Positions 11,331-24,013 of a stretch of 55,870 bases of DNA are shown here, one piece after another. This DNA is from Rotaria socialis (lineage: Eukaryota), in assembly GCA_905331295.1 (NCBI GenBank), contig CAJNYD010000064.1, positions 1-55,870 on the forward strand, given 5' to 3'. A model generated the notes under the pieces. The model did not search any database and was not told the DNA's origin. It saw only the letters and a list, made by a program, of their open reading frames with translations. Every line of letters starts with the position of its first letter. Positions within the stretch are counted from its first letter, which is position 1. The position numbers and the translations under genes were made by a program.

Positions 11331-12925
11331 ACCTGCGCTTATTATTAAATTTTAGCTTTATATGGTATACTTCATTTCTACTGATCCGGAAAAAACAATA
11401 TTCGCAAATTATTGAAGTAAATCATTAACATTGCATTAACAGGATGGGCGTGGGTGTGAATGTGGCTGACGTTTTTTACACATCCACATCCTATTTCAAT
11501 AAATAACACGAAACGCGTGGGCGAAAGTAAACTTTACATTTGATTCTAATTGAATTCACAATTTAAGCATACTATTATTTAGCATTTGTAATTAAAATTA
11601 ATGTTCGACTTCAATTGGTTTCTGAAAAGCGAGATTTGAGGCTATGAACAGAGTGATTTGTCTTCTTCGTTAAGATATAGGTTAATCTGTTTTTGAATAG
11701 AAGTAATAATAACGTTTAGATCATTCTGGAAATTTGTAGATTCTAACTGTTTTAAATATGGGAGGTGAGAGAAGGGGTCGACATAAGCATTAAGGTAGCA
11801 AAATCATTTCATTTCGGTGTTAACCAGTAAAGTGATAGAAATGATTAATCTAACTAACGTAGAATAGGAAGACATGGAAAACTATAGGTGCCCATTGAAG
11901 TGTAGGAAAAACTACACAGCATACGAGAAACATCACGTAGAGCAAGTAATCCAGACTCTGAAAGGAGGGGAACACTTTGTCAACAAAACGGCCCTAAATG
12001 AAAATCAGTTCAAAAATCATTTCTAACTACTATTTCACATTGTACTGTGCGTGAGTACACTATTCTGAGCTTTTACAGGCCATTTTCATAAAGTTTTAGT
12101 CTCTGTCTACAAACAGTAGATCTCTACAATAGAATATACACTACCATGAATGTTGTAGCAGCCTGCAACACATTATATAGACCCGCTAATAACCTGCAGA
12201 TAAAGCTTTCCGAGTTCTAGAAAACTATCATAAAACATCAAGTAAAATATTCTGTGCTCGACAATTCTTAAACAGTGTACTATCGAAAGTGTGTGGGAAA
12301 ATTACTGTTTGCGTGGCGAATGCTGAATATGATACTTAACAGATTTGATTTATAGTTGCTTATCGTATAGTGACGGAGAAGATGGTATCTGAATATCAGT
12401 TCATGGAATCGGATTGTTTATTTTTGTGGACATCCTTATTTATACTTCATTGGATACTAGTGGATCAATTGTTATGGACATCCTTTTCAGTAGTGCATTG
12501 AATCGTATGGGATGTTTTCCATGGACATCCGTATCGTTAGCTTATTGAGCAGTAGCCCCTTTCTCGTTGGTCAGTATGTTGGATTCAGAGCCGAACGGCT
12601 TATAGGACGCCCTTTTCATCATCATCTGTGACGGAGATTCGATACCGAGATTGTTGAAGTTAAATGAACAATTGCTATCCCTATTGGATCACTCGGTAGG
12701 TTTAAATGAGGTCGGATGAGTAATATGAAGAGTATTGAATTGGTTAGAATATATAAAAGTTAAACTGGTAAGTAATCACATGTGAAAAGCAGAGGAAGGA
12801 AAGGGTATAGAATGGTCTTTTCTTGGGACGGAACTTATCAATCTTGAATTTCTATTCAACAAGCCGAATAGTTATTCATACTTTTATTTCTGAAGAAAAA
12901 TTTCATATATATATATATACGTATA

Positions 12926-15900
12926 TCATTTTGATGTATAGATATAGCTATTATGTTCGTCATCCGAAGACGGTTCAAAATCTGAAATATCATCTGCATA
13001 CTGAACGTTTGTGATATTAGTTGATGATGGCTGTCGATTTGTAGTACTTTGATAGCGTTCATAACCTAGAAGCCAAATAGCTGCTGCAATATGTAAGCAA
13101 CAATCGACTGTCCGCGGATCTGGTATGCACGTACAATACGATGCGATAACTTGTGTTGAATCAAATTGACTGTATGTATGATAGTACAATCTTTAATAAG
13201 ATTATTAGATACCTCGTATTTAATAACATGTGAACATTTAGAAACACGTACATTTTGTTCTTGAGGATGTGTTTATTTTAAAAAATTCTTTCAGTTCGCA
13301 TCCAAACAATTAATGAAACATTATTCAAGTTGATGGTCATTATACTATAATATTATTAAAAAAATTAGTTTTGGTCGATTGCAAAAGAATCTGTATAAAA
13401 ATGAAAACAAATTTCTTATTGAATCATCAACCTCATTACGCGTTGATAATAGAAATAACAGATTATCATATGTTAGTCATTGCTCAAAAAATACTGTTAA
13501 ACCATTGACTCATGTATTGGTTTTTGAAGGTACAACGTCAGCTCTACATTTTGAAATCGAATTGTTCAAATAGTTAAGTTCATTATCATCATCATCCTCA
13601 TCCGATAAAAATATTTTATTGATGAAAAATTTATTACGAAAATTATTGCAATGAGAACATATTGTATTTTTTCTTTCGTTTTATTATGAAATTAACCTAT
13701 CGCAATTTTTCGTCGGTCTGATTTGCTTCCACTTCTACCACAATTCACATATAGATACTAATTTACTTTTAAAAAATGTTATGTCATCAACTTTTGTAGA
13801 AGCCATACCATTGTTAAACAATTTATATGCTATGGGTCAATTCATTCTTACTTATTGAATTAAGAAAGACGAAAATTATTTTTTTAACATGTATCATCAT
13901 CCCATGCCAGAAAATACGGTCAATATACGACCGTTTACGGTGAAAAAACGATATTTAAACGGACCGTATATGGTCATGATACTGGATGCAGGAATACAGC
14001 CGTATCGCAATGAGAATCCGGCGTAAATACGACCGTATACGGCGAAAATACGGCATCGTTTACAGTGCCGTATTACTGCATCCAGTACTACGGGAAAATA
14101 CGGGCAGTTTACTGCCGTAAAAATGTCGCTTCCTACCGTTTACTTTCAGAAAATGAACCGTAAACGATATCCGTTTTGATCGACTTGGGATGTTAAACAT
14201 TTTCATAGGAAATTATTATTTGATAACTGGTGTAATAACAACGCTACATATGATCACTGTGTTGACATTATTTTTTTTTCTTTTACGTATTTTGAAGTAA
14301 GAATATTTTTGTAGTAAGAAAAATAAAATCATGCTCTGATGAAACAAATATACAAAACGTTGTACTAAATTCTTACAAGATTTAATAGTATTTCAGCATT
14401 AGTTTGTCTTATTTTTGAAGAATACTAAACCAAAAATACTCTATTATGCATCTAACATGCAACATTATCTATACTGTACTGTGACACCCTCACTAGATTT
14501 TATAAAATACACGTGAAAATTATAAAATTTTCTTGCATTTTGTCTCTCATTATTAGGCCTGTTAAAGAATGGATGTGGGTGTGAGTAGGCATCATGATTG
14601 CTGAAAATAAGTCTCGCAAACTAGGACATGATCAAGTGATTTTTATTCAAGAGTCAGGAAGAAGATCAGGAAAATATTAAACGATATTCAGTAACTAGTT
14701 CGCTGTCTTATGCCTAATAAAACTGGAGTTATCATGCACATTATTATATACATAAGAAGCCATTTTGTATTTTACGTTGCAAAATGGGTGTGGATGTGGT
14801 TATGGGTTTCTCTGGTCACTATTTCCTGGCACTCTAATCCACACTCACCCACACCCTCAAGATCGGAATCGGAGACGAATGATGTCTTCAGCGCCATGTT
14901 CAGTGCATGCTTCCATTGGAAAATTGACATCCGAATCGGTGAGTTTAGTACAGTCGCTGTGTTCTTCAGCATAATTTCTTGCTGTTTTCAACTGATAGAC
15001 ACTTGAAAAATAGTTAGATGCCAATGAAGATTTGATCGAAAAGTTTGATACCTAGAGTTATAGATCTGATATCATCGAAAGATAAGACAGGAAATGGTTC
15101 AAATAAATTGTCAATATCTATGAATTGCCAAACGTTATGTCGCTGCAGATTATCTTGGATAAGCCGTTCTTGCAAGATGTTGCTTATTGAGCGCAGTTGA
15201 TTCATACGTCGAACTATATCAACATCTTCGGATGAGACTACTACCCATGGGTACGTGAAAGCAATTATTAATTGCTGGTACAATGGTCATAAAACCAGGG
15301 ACGGATGACAAAGATGAATTTTGAATGGTTTGACTGAATCTTTTGAGTCGTGCATTGACACCTTCAACCACCTAACGTAGTTTCGTGACAAAACATGATC
15401 GGTTGGCATCGTATGCATCGAATTGTCGTCGAGTTTTACCAAGAAACGAAGGCATCGGAGTGTCGACCCCAAGAGCTTTTAGTACGCCAAAAGAATCACT
15501 GAAGCCTCTGTCTAAAATCATGATGTCATTTTCCTTGGCCAAAGTAAGAATATTCTCATAGTTGTTGAGCATGACATGCTTCAGAATAGAAGCGTCATTG
15601 TTATGCAAGTCGGAGAAGAATGGTCCAAAAATTGTGACTATATTCCCAGTTGTGGTTACCATAATCATGGGCTTGATCGATGTCTATTTCTTCTGCAGAC
15701 TGTATGTATTACGTTGAACTGCATTATTTCGACTTTTCTATTTTTCAAAAGAAAGTGTTAGTTTGAAAATGCTCGTGACTTATGTTATCTGTATATATAG
15801 ATAGGTTCCATCGAGTACCAGTATACATGGGTCTCGACCTTCAGTCAATAAGCGATTTGCGACTGGTGACGTATGCTTGTCGATAACATCCTGCCGTGTT

Positions 15901-16783
15901 AAGTGAGCTAAACCCAAATAGCGAGGTACGAAGTGCTTAGTGACCGCAACTCGAGCCTCGCATATGATACGGTTCATGTGGCGTTTGCTGTCTAAACCAA
16001 CCATAGATGATAAAACCGAATCGCTCAAGCCCAGTTTCAATTTCATTAAAAGATACGCCAGAGCAGATCGAGCTGACTTTGCCGTTGAATTCTTCAAAGA
16101 TGTTGGAGGTATATGTGACAAGATATGAGCATGCTGAGCTCAAGTAATCCAGTCAGTTGAATGTAATCAGCATCTGTTAAGCGCATGCATTCGTCAAAAT
16201 CAAGGTGTTTGTTACTGTTGAGTCGTGTACGATACGATTTAAGGAGGTTTATAAGCGTTTGTCGAGAAAAAAGTCGATATTGCACTTTGTGTGGTACCAG
16301 AGACTGGAACGCTTCAGGTATCAGACGTTTATCGACAGTGTGTAGCTTGCAGCATCGGGATCCTGTAGGTATTTCGATATGGCGTCAAATGAACAATTCA
16401 GCGCGATCTGCTTCGCGAATAGTCACCGTTGAAGATACAATTTGTTTTTTGCAAACACAGCATTGACTACAAAACAAAAAGTACTTAATTGTCTGTATCC
16501 TAAGCATCTACCTTTTTGAAAAGACCGAAATTTCAATTGGAACCTCGATACCTTGTTCATCGATATTTTCATCTAAGGGGATTGTATCCATCTAAAAAGT
16601 TAGACTAAATAAAGATAAAATATATCCAGCTGCACTTACTGCTTCACTACTTTCATCCGAATTAATTTCTTCATCGTCTACTGGATCACTAGTGACAGTT
16701 GAATCATAGATTGATTCGCTATCACTGGATGATGCATTCGCTGTTTGAACACGAATAGGTCCGTCGTCCATCGAATCAGCCAC
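12926..16783 (-). mobile_element. Disrupted Harbinger-related transposase gene (DDE_Tnp_4 + C-terminal SWIM finger; ISL2EU/KolobokH-like) with introns
   Basis: ILVLDGTYLYIQ, GPFFSDLHNNDASIL, MILDRGF, ANRSCFVTKLR, SITLG/VYQLKTARNY and YCTC...CCLHIAA; stops and frameshifts; split by an insertion at ~13190-14863. Confidence 0.85.
13901..14189. mobile_element. MITE with CCC...GGG termini and 2-bp AT TSD (animal EnSpm/CMC-like)
   Basis: CCCATG...CTTGGG flanked by AT on each side; internal palindrome ACTGGATGCAG / CTGCATCCAGT. Confidence 0.7.
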
Positions 16784-17315
16784 CCTTGAGGGTGTGGGTG
16801 TAGAAAGTTAGAGAGCATGTACGACACCCACGCCCTAAAAGTTATCCTTTTCTTCACTCTGAGACACAACATCAGTGAAACCATTGGCCCTTTATATTTT
16901 AAAAATATTAGAGCTAACAAAGTGTGCGTTTAAAGCAAGAGGGAAAAATGCATTTCTAAAATACAAAAATACGCTGTTTCCACTTCGAATATAATCAGTA
17001 CGCGATATTTTTATTTTTTTCGGTGTGCGCTGTTTTTTTATCAGTTTGTCAATAAAAGAGGAAAAAACACTACGATGTAACGAAAACACGTGACATCGAA
17101 TAGCAGTTTTCTTTATTTATTCAAAATATGATGTTTTCAAAGGCTTTCTTTTACTCAAGTTTCTCTTTTATGTGTGTTGGGTATTTTTTATCAGTTAAAT
17201 ATTACATCTGTTCAAAACAAGTTCCAGTGTAAGTGGATTCTATGATATGACTGTAACAGAAAGGAATACTAGAAAACTACCTATTTGATTTGCCTCTTTC
17301 TACTTAACATAAAAT

Positions 17316-18363
17316 CAGGGTTGCCAACTGTACCCCATTTTGAGGTACAGTACCCCTTTTGGACTTTTTGTACCCCATTTGGACTTTTCCCTTTACACTA
17401 TATATATCAATTATCTTTCGATATAAATCAATGACATTTTTGGCTTTAACTAGCGTTTTTCTTGTGGAGATAAAAGTGTTAATCATATTAGCCGACTGTC
17501 CAAGGAGACAAAACTTTGGAAAAACGCGTTTGAACGCTCAAAATAGATCCATAATTGTGAGCCATTAGCGCTCATTAAAAACCGCAAGTAGCACATTTTA
17601 TGTTCAAAATTTGTACTTTCAGAACGTAAAAAAGACGGGAAAATTCATTTTTTAGCGTTAAAGCGCACTTTTATCCTATAATGTAAAAACAATGCATTTT
17701 AGCACTCAAAAACTGGAGTTTTCCGTCGGCTTCACGCTCTAAAAATGAAAGTTTTGAATACATAATGCCTTTCTTGCGGGTTTTTAATGAGCGTTAATGG
17801 CTCACAATGGCCGTCCCATTTTGAACGTTTAAACGTGCTTTTCCAAATTTTTGTCTGCTTCGGTGGTGATTCAGTCATATGAAGCACTCGTGGGCATCAA
17901 GCCGAAACTCGATGTCAATTGCGACTGAATGAAAAATTAGATTGAAGTTGAATACTAAGCTGAAATGTGAAGATTATTATTTATTTGTACAGTCGCAACC
18001 AGAAATGGTTCAACTTGCCAAAAGCAAATAGCAATACCGTCATGAAAAAAACTATGCGCCAGTTAATGTGAATACAGAGCGTTTTTTCTAATTAAACATT
18101 TTTTTTAATCTTTTGAACAGAAATATGTTGAAAACAGCAATAACTGCGAACTCTTTTGTTTAAAAACAAACATTTCAGGTCATGTCTTGCACATAGGCAG
18201 TTGAATGTGATCTTTCTTTCGCTGAAAATGCTATTGCCAGCCATTTCGTGACGTCAATTTCTTGTCTTGTAAAAAACACTTTGTACCCCACGAGCGTACC
18301 CCATGTGTACCCCATTGGAGACGTTCTGTACCCCATTCGGGACCTTAACAGCTGGCAACCCTG
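17316..18363. mobile_element. hAT-type MITE containing a nested ~360-bp palindromic element (~17500-17865)
   Basis: TIR CAGGGTTGCCA / TGGCAACCCTG; 8-bp TSD CATAAAAT (17308-17315, 18364-18371); GTACCCC subterminal repeats. Confidence 0.92.
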
Positions 18364-20191
18364 CATAAAATACAATATATGTAGCTTGATGAATCTTTAC
18401 GTTTATTCTACGTTTACCTACCTCTGATAATCTGTTTCATCGACTAATTTATACTTTTCGTAAGTATCAACACATCACTGACGTAATAATACGCTAGATA
18501 TTGCTTCGCTATTCGAAATTTTTATTCTACCACTTCTTGTGCTCGAAAATCTTCGATAAAGAATGAAGCGAATGTTGATTTCAAAACTGTCTATTGTTCA
18601 CATGATCTGTAGTAAAACAAGACGAGATGAATATATTGTCATGTTGAATATCATACATATTCTTTTTAGTCGACCCGACTATGGTAAATACAGTTTATCA
18701 GGAACCCTTGAGCAAAATCTATTACTTAAATTGAGTAAATAAAACCAAATGCATATATTAGTATTCTGTCTTAGAAAGCGGTCGTCTTTTTTTAATTTAG
18801 AATATATACAAAATATTTTCTTTATACGAAACTTGTGGACTGAACATTTTTCAGTTTTTGAAAAATAAATGAAGAAACCCTTGAGTAAATTGAATTTTTT
18901 CCGGAAATATTGAATAATTATTAATATGTTCTAATTTTTTAAATCGTTTCAAGTAGCATTTCGCTCGCACTGTCATCATTCAATAATTCGCACAAATGTA
19001 ATTTCTATTGAAAGTCCTATTATCGTGTTATCGAGTAAAAGAACGTTGCCAACTAAGGTTATTTAAATCTAAATTCAATGAGATTTGTATATGATCAATA
19101 ATCCTATCTGGGCATTTTTTCAGTTTCAATACAATATGTGATGCTACTTTGAACGCGTTCATATACGAATGCATATTCATGTGTATATCTACTGACATAT
19201 TTATGACGGTGTTTAATAAATTTGCAATCGCTAACATTATCTATCAGCCATATTTTTATTGAAAAAGACTAAATAATACATAATATATTTTCTTCAAATT
19301 AACCTAAAAACATTATTTCCCCATTTGTATTGAACTTAAAATGTGTTCCGTTTCATACACGTATAAACTGAGTCTATACTATTTTTAAGATTGAATGAGT
19401 TGTTATATGAATCAATTTTGGCATAGTTACACAGGAAAATTGAATAAAAGTCATCCATTTCTTTTATATGATAATGATGAACTAGTATTCTATAGTATTT
19501 TCATATTTAATCTTCAGTATTCAATTTATTTTTGAAATGACTCAATTGGTTCTTTTTTTCATTCCCTATAGGAAACTACATTTTGATCTGTAATCATTCG
19601 ATTTGAAATAGACGCATAGCTAGAAGTTTAAATATACCAAGTCTAACGACCGAAGACCTCTAATATTTATCCACATTTTCCGATTCACCAATCATCGGTG
19701 ATGAAATACTAATCTAAAACAATTATTTAGAAATTCTATAATCGAATTTTACAGAACAACCAATTGAGTAACTTCATGCTTTTTCAGCAAGACAGAGCAT
19801 CAGTTTATTTTTCGAAATCTATCTGCATTTAACTTCCATCTATTCAACGTCTTTTTCTAAATAAGAAATATATTAAATAAAACGTGCTTGATAATGGAGT
19901 TATATCCAATTCATAAGTTATCATGACTTTTGAAATACCCTGTAAACTAACGACTGATACGTTTATTCATCGTTCAGTTAATTATATCTCTCTTTTTATA
20001 CACAATGTGGGATTTAGATCAAAATAGTTTTTTTTTATGTCAATGTAGTACTTCCGGTTTTTTTCTGACCTATAAGATCACTACAAAAAAAAGTATTTCT
20101 TGAATCAGCTAATTGTTTTCTATCGTTTCTTTCTGTTTAGAGGATTTGTGATTCGTTCGAAGATTGCTTATTAATTTTTTGTGCATTCCCT

Positions 20192-23100
20192 ATGGCTTCA
20201 TCAACAGAACGAAAACCGTGCAGATACGGTGGTCGATGTTTAGATATTGACGAAAAAAGACATGTTCAAGAATTCGACCATCCGTCCTATTGTCCAGATG
20301 GAGGACATTGTCAAAATACGACAGAAGATCATGAAAAAGAATATCGTCATGTATCAATGTGCCCAGATTTAAATCAATGTACGCATTTTCAGAGCAAGAA
20401 TAAAACACATTGTACTCAATATCGTCACTGTCAACCTAAATGTAAACATGGAAGTTACTGCGCCAATTTTCATGATAAAGATCATATCAAAAGATACAAA
20501 CATCCATTTCCTCAGCCATGTCCGTTGAGTCCGTATCACTGTGAATTATATAATAAATCATTGAAACCAGCCGAATATGGTGAATCATCACGTGATGTCG
20601 AGCAACATTGTCGTGAATTTGCTCATATATGTCACTTTGGACGTAGCTGTAAGCTTGAATCACCATTACATTTAGAAAAGTCGATTCATGTACCGCGTTT
20701 ACTTTGCACATTTGGTACGGAATGTGCCAGGCTTTTGCAAGAGGAGCACTTAAATATGTTCACTCATTCGGATATTCGTGACATTCGAATTTTATGTAAA
20801 CATGCCGATAAATGTCACAGTCGTCGAGACCCTAAGCATGTAGTTAAATTTCGTCATGCAATGGCACTTCAAGATAGTGGTATTGTTCCTTTCTATCATT
20901 TGAATAAAAACATTGATTTTGAACAAAATCAATCAAATAACATAGCATACATTAATAATTATGTAGAGCGTGAAAACTGGGAACCGTTACCATCCGGATC
21001 GATACCACAAGAAATCATTGAATGGTTACGTACTGTGCAACCTGTCCATCGCTGTAATCCTGAAATATTTAAATCAATTCTTATTCATGGGCATGTCATG
21101 AGTCGAGAATATATGGAAGCATTGAAAGATCCCGGTTTCACTGCTAATTCTATCCTTCATCATAGTCGCATTCGACGAATCGATGCTTTAAAAGTGCCCA
21201 TATATGCAGAAAGTGCAAAGAAATATATCACTGCTCTGGTTGCCGAAGAATATGAAAAAAATGGATTCTTGAAAATGCATTCGAATGAAAATGCAGAAGA
21301 AACTCAATTCTTATCATCTGATAATTCGATTTCTACTTCTCGTTCAGATTTTATTAACAAGGAATGTGTTTATCTTTCGCATAATATTTCTTCTGATGAT
21401 ATGAATACAATTCATAAGAAAACAACTGAAATAGCTCAAGCTTCTATGAAACTTAAATTGAACCCTACTGGAATTGGTTATGATCGAGATAAACAATTAG
21501 GAACAAATAAACATGTTTTTAGTATTCTTGGACCCCATTTAGGTCATAATTATGGTGATGTATTTATTGTTTTCAAACGTGAAATCTTGCATCATCCTGA
21601 TGCAAATTTTTCTCTACAAGCAGCAACATCATTTGTCAGTGGCCGAACTTATAAATGGCGTCCATGGCTTGGAATTGCTCCCGAGTCGATTGAAGAAAGA
21701 ATTAAATTGTATCATGATTCGAAACTGCACGCTTCAATTCCAGATTATGAACGTGCCAGTGCTCTTGAACTGATAGCTACAGCAAGTTATTTTCTACAAA
21801 AGAAAACGATGAATATTGATCTTAAAACGATTATCGAATGTTGGCTTCAACTTGATTCGCATCGAGCAATTGAAGCTCATTTACCTCAACTTATTCCATT
21901 GAGTTATATCGATCATATTTACGTCGCACAAAATATATTTGAATGGCTCGACAGTGATGATGATACTCGGCGAGCAATGATTGCTGTTTTCAAAGATCGT
22001 ATAACAATAACACCACATCAAGGTGAAATCGGAACAGCAGAAAGTAAATTTGGGCCGAAGCCAAGTTCCGCATTGCGAGCTGAATATCAAGATTTCGTTA
22101 TCAAAGAATTAATCGAACGATTTGGTAAGCATGAAACGGCCTTACATTCAACATTTCTGCAAGGTTGCGCAATTACAATCCCATCAAGTAATTTTAAAGA
22201 TAATTTCATCTTGCCTCTGACGATTTCACAATTTCATGCAGAACAACGTCTTGCTGAAATGTCGAAAAATATGACGATTTATATTTATTGGCAAATGATG
22301 AATGGAGATATGATGTTGACATTATCAAATGAACAGATTAATTCCGCTGAGCGACAGCCAAATCTTCGCTGTTTGATTTGTTATGTTGCACCAAAGCCAA
22401 GATATAGAGACTCTAATTATCATGAGCAGCCTTCTTATCTAAACTTCGGTCTACCATCTCAGCATCATACGTTTATTCATGAAGATAAATATGCAGCTAA
22501 ATCAACGGTTTTCTATGTTGGATGTAATACAGATGATTTTATGACATGTTGTCTGGAAATTCAGTGTTCAACCAATACTATTACACTCTCTCATGCTGGT
22601 CCAAATGCAATCTACAATCATGAAAGAATCTCTCATTCATTTGCAAAATCAGATCTCGATCTAAACGCATTGAAATTTATTCATGTTAGTGCTGGAATTC
22701 AGACAGTGCCTATTCGAAATATGATCGTTTGTAAAGAGAAAAAATTCTATCTACACATGTCGTACGATAAAAATTTCAGCCGTAGCTCTGGTTTACCTGT
22801 GACAACGTTGCCAAATAGAAAATCAAACTTCTTTGAATATTTTACTCGAATGATATTGCATACAAAAAATGTAGAAGATGAGACGAAGAAATCATCGTTT
22901 AACAAAGCCTATGATCCTGTGCGGGCGTCTTGTCCTAAAAGCATTGATTGTCCTATTCAATTTTCCAATGATGGAAAAAATCATAATTCAAAATTTTCGC
23001 ACCCATGTCGCTTCGCTGAGCTGTGTCGAGATCCTGAGGCTCATCTAACACACGAAACTCGCCAAGTAACTACTTGTGAGTTAGATAAAAAATGCCAATC

Positions 23101-23559
23101 GTTATGTGATCCAATTCATCGAGCCCTTTATCGTCATACAGACTTGCCATATTTTTTAATTCCTTGTAAATTTCAAGCAACCTGTACAGATGTGTCAGAC
23201 AAACATTGTATAAAATACTCGCACGGCCAAAGAGTTTTAGAAGAAATACAAGCAACAGTATCGAAGAGTGAACAAGAATTTATTTGAAGACATACCTTCA
23301 TATAAACTTTTTATCAGATTCAATCGAGATGCCATCAGAGAAACAGAAATATTATAATGATCAACAAATATTATCAGAACAAAGCTCAACTAGTTGCACT
23401 ATGGTTGATGGAGAACAAAGTGATAACTACTCTTTTTCTTTTACACTTCGAATAAAGGACGTTTGTCGATATGGAACAAAATGTCAGAAGATAATAGACG
23501 CAATGCATTGTATGAGATTTTCTCACCCTACTGTTATTACATCATTTGATACAGATTAA
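20192..23559 (+). CDS. Large protein with ~13 PBZ-like CCHH zinc fingers flanking a putative ADP-ribosyltransferase-like domain
   Basis: 1031-aa first exon with 8 N-terminal and 4 C-terminal C-x5-C-x6/7-H-x5-H fingers (e.g. CRYGGRCLDIDEKRHVQEFDH); likely spliced (~23268-23317) to 3' exon(s) with a 13th finger CRYGTKC...HCMRFSH. Confidence 0.85.
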
Positions 23560-23712
23560 TCTGTAACCACAAAATATCATTGCTTGTGACTTATCCTACA
23601 TTCTTGTTTTCTTCTTCTATTTGATATTTCAGTATTAACGATGTACAACTATCGTTTATTCTCATGATATTCAAAAATCAAATGTCTAAAACGTAGGTTG
23701 TTTGGATAAAGG

Positions 23713-24013
23713 TGTTACATAGTAACGACTAAACATTATCGGTATAGTCGTTCTCGTTATACAGCTGGTGATATAACTATGTAGTGATTCTTTTTCATTC
23801 CTTTCTATATTTTCTCATTCTTGTTTATCTATAAGTTGAATCGTCTTCTTCTCGTCTTACTAAGTTAAGGACATTTTTGAGGTCATTCTATTTTTTTCTG
23901 TTCTCTATCTCTTTCTCTCTTTGTTTGGACAGACGTTTCCTCTGTCTAAAAGACATTGAGTTATCTTTTTTTTTGATATACAAGAATATATTAAAACCAA
24001 TATATATCTAACT
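23713..24013. mobile_element. Solo LTR (301 bp)
   Basis: TGTTA...TAACT termini with 5-bp TSD AAAGG at 23708-23712 and 24014-24018. Confidence 0.65.
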
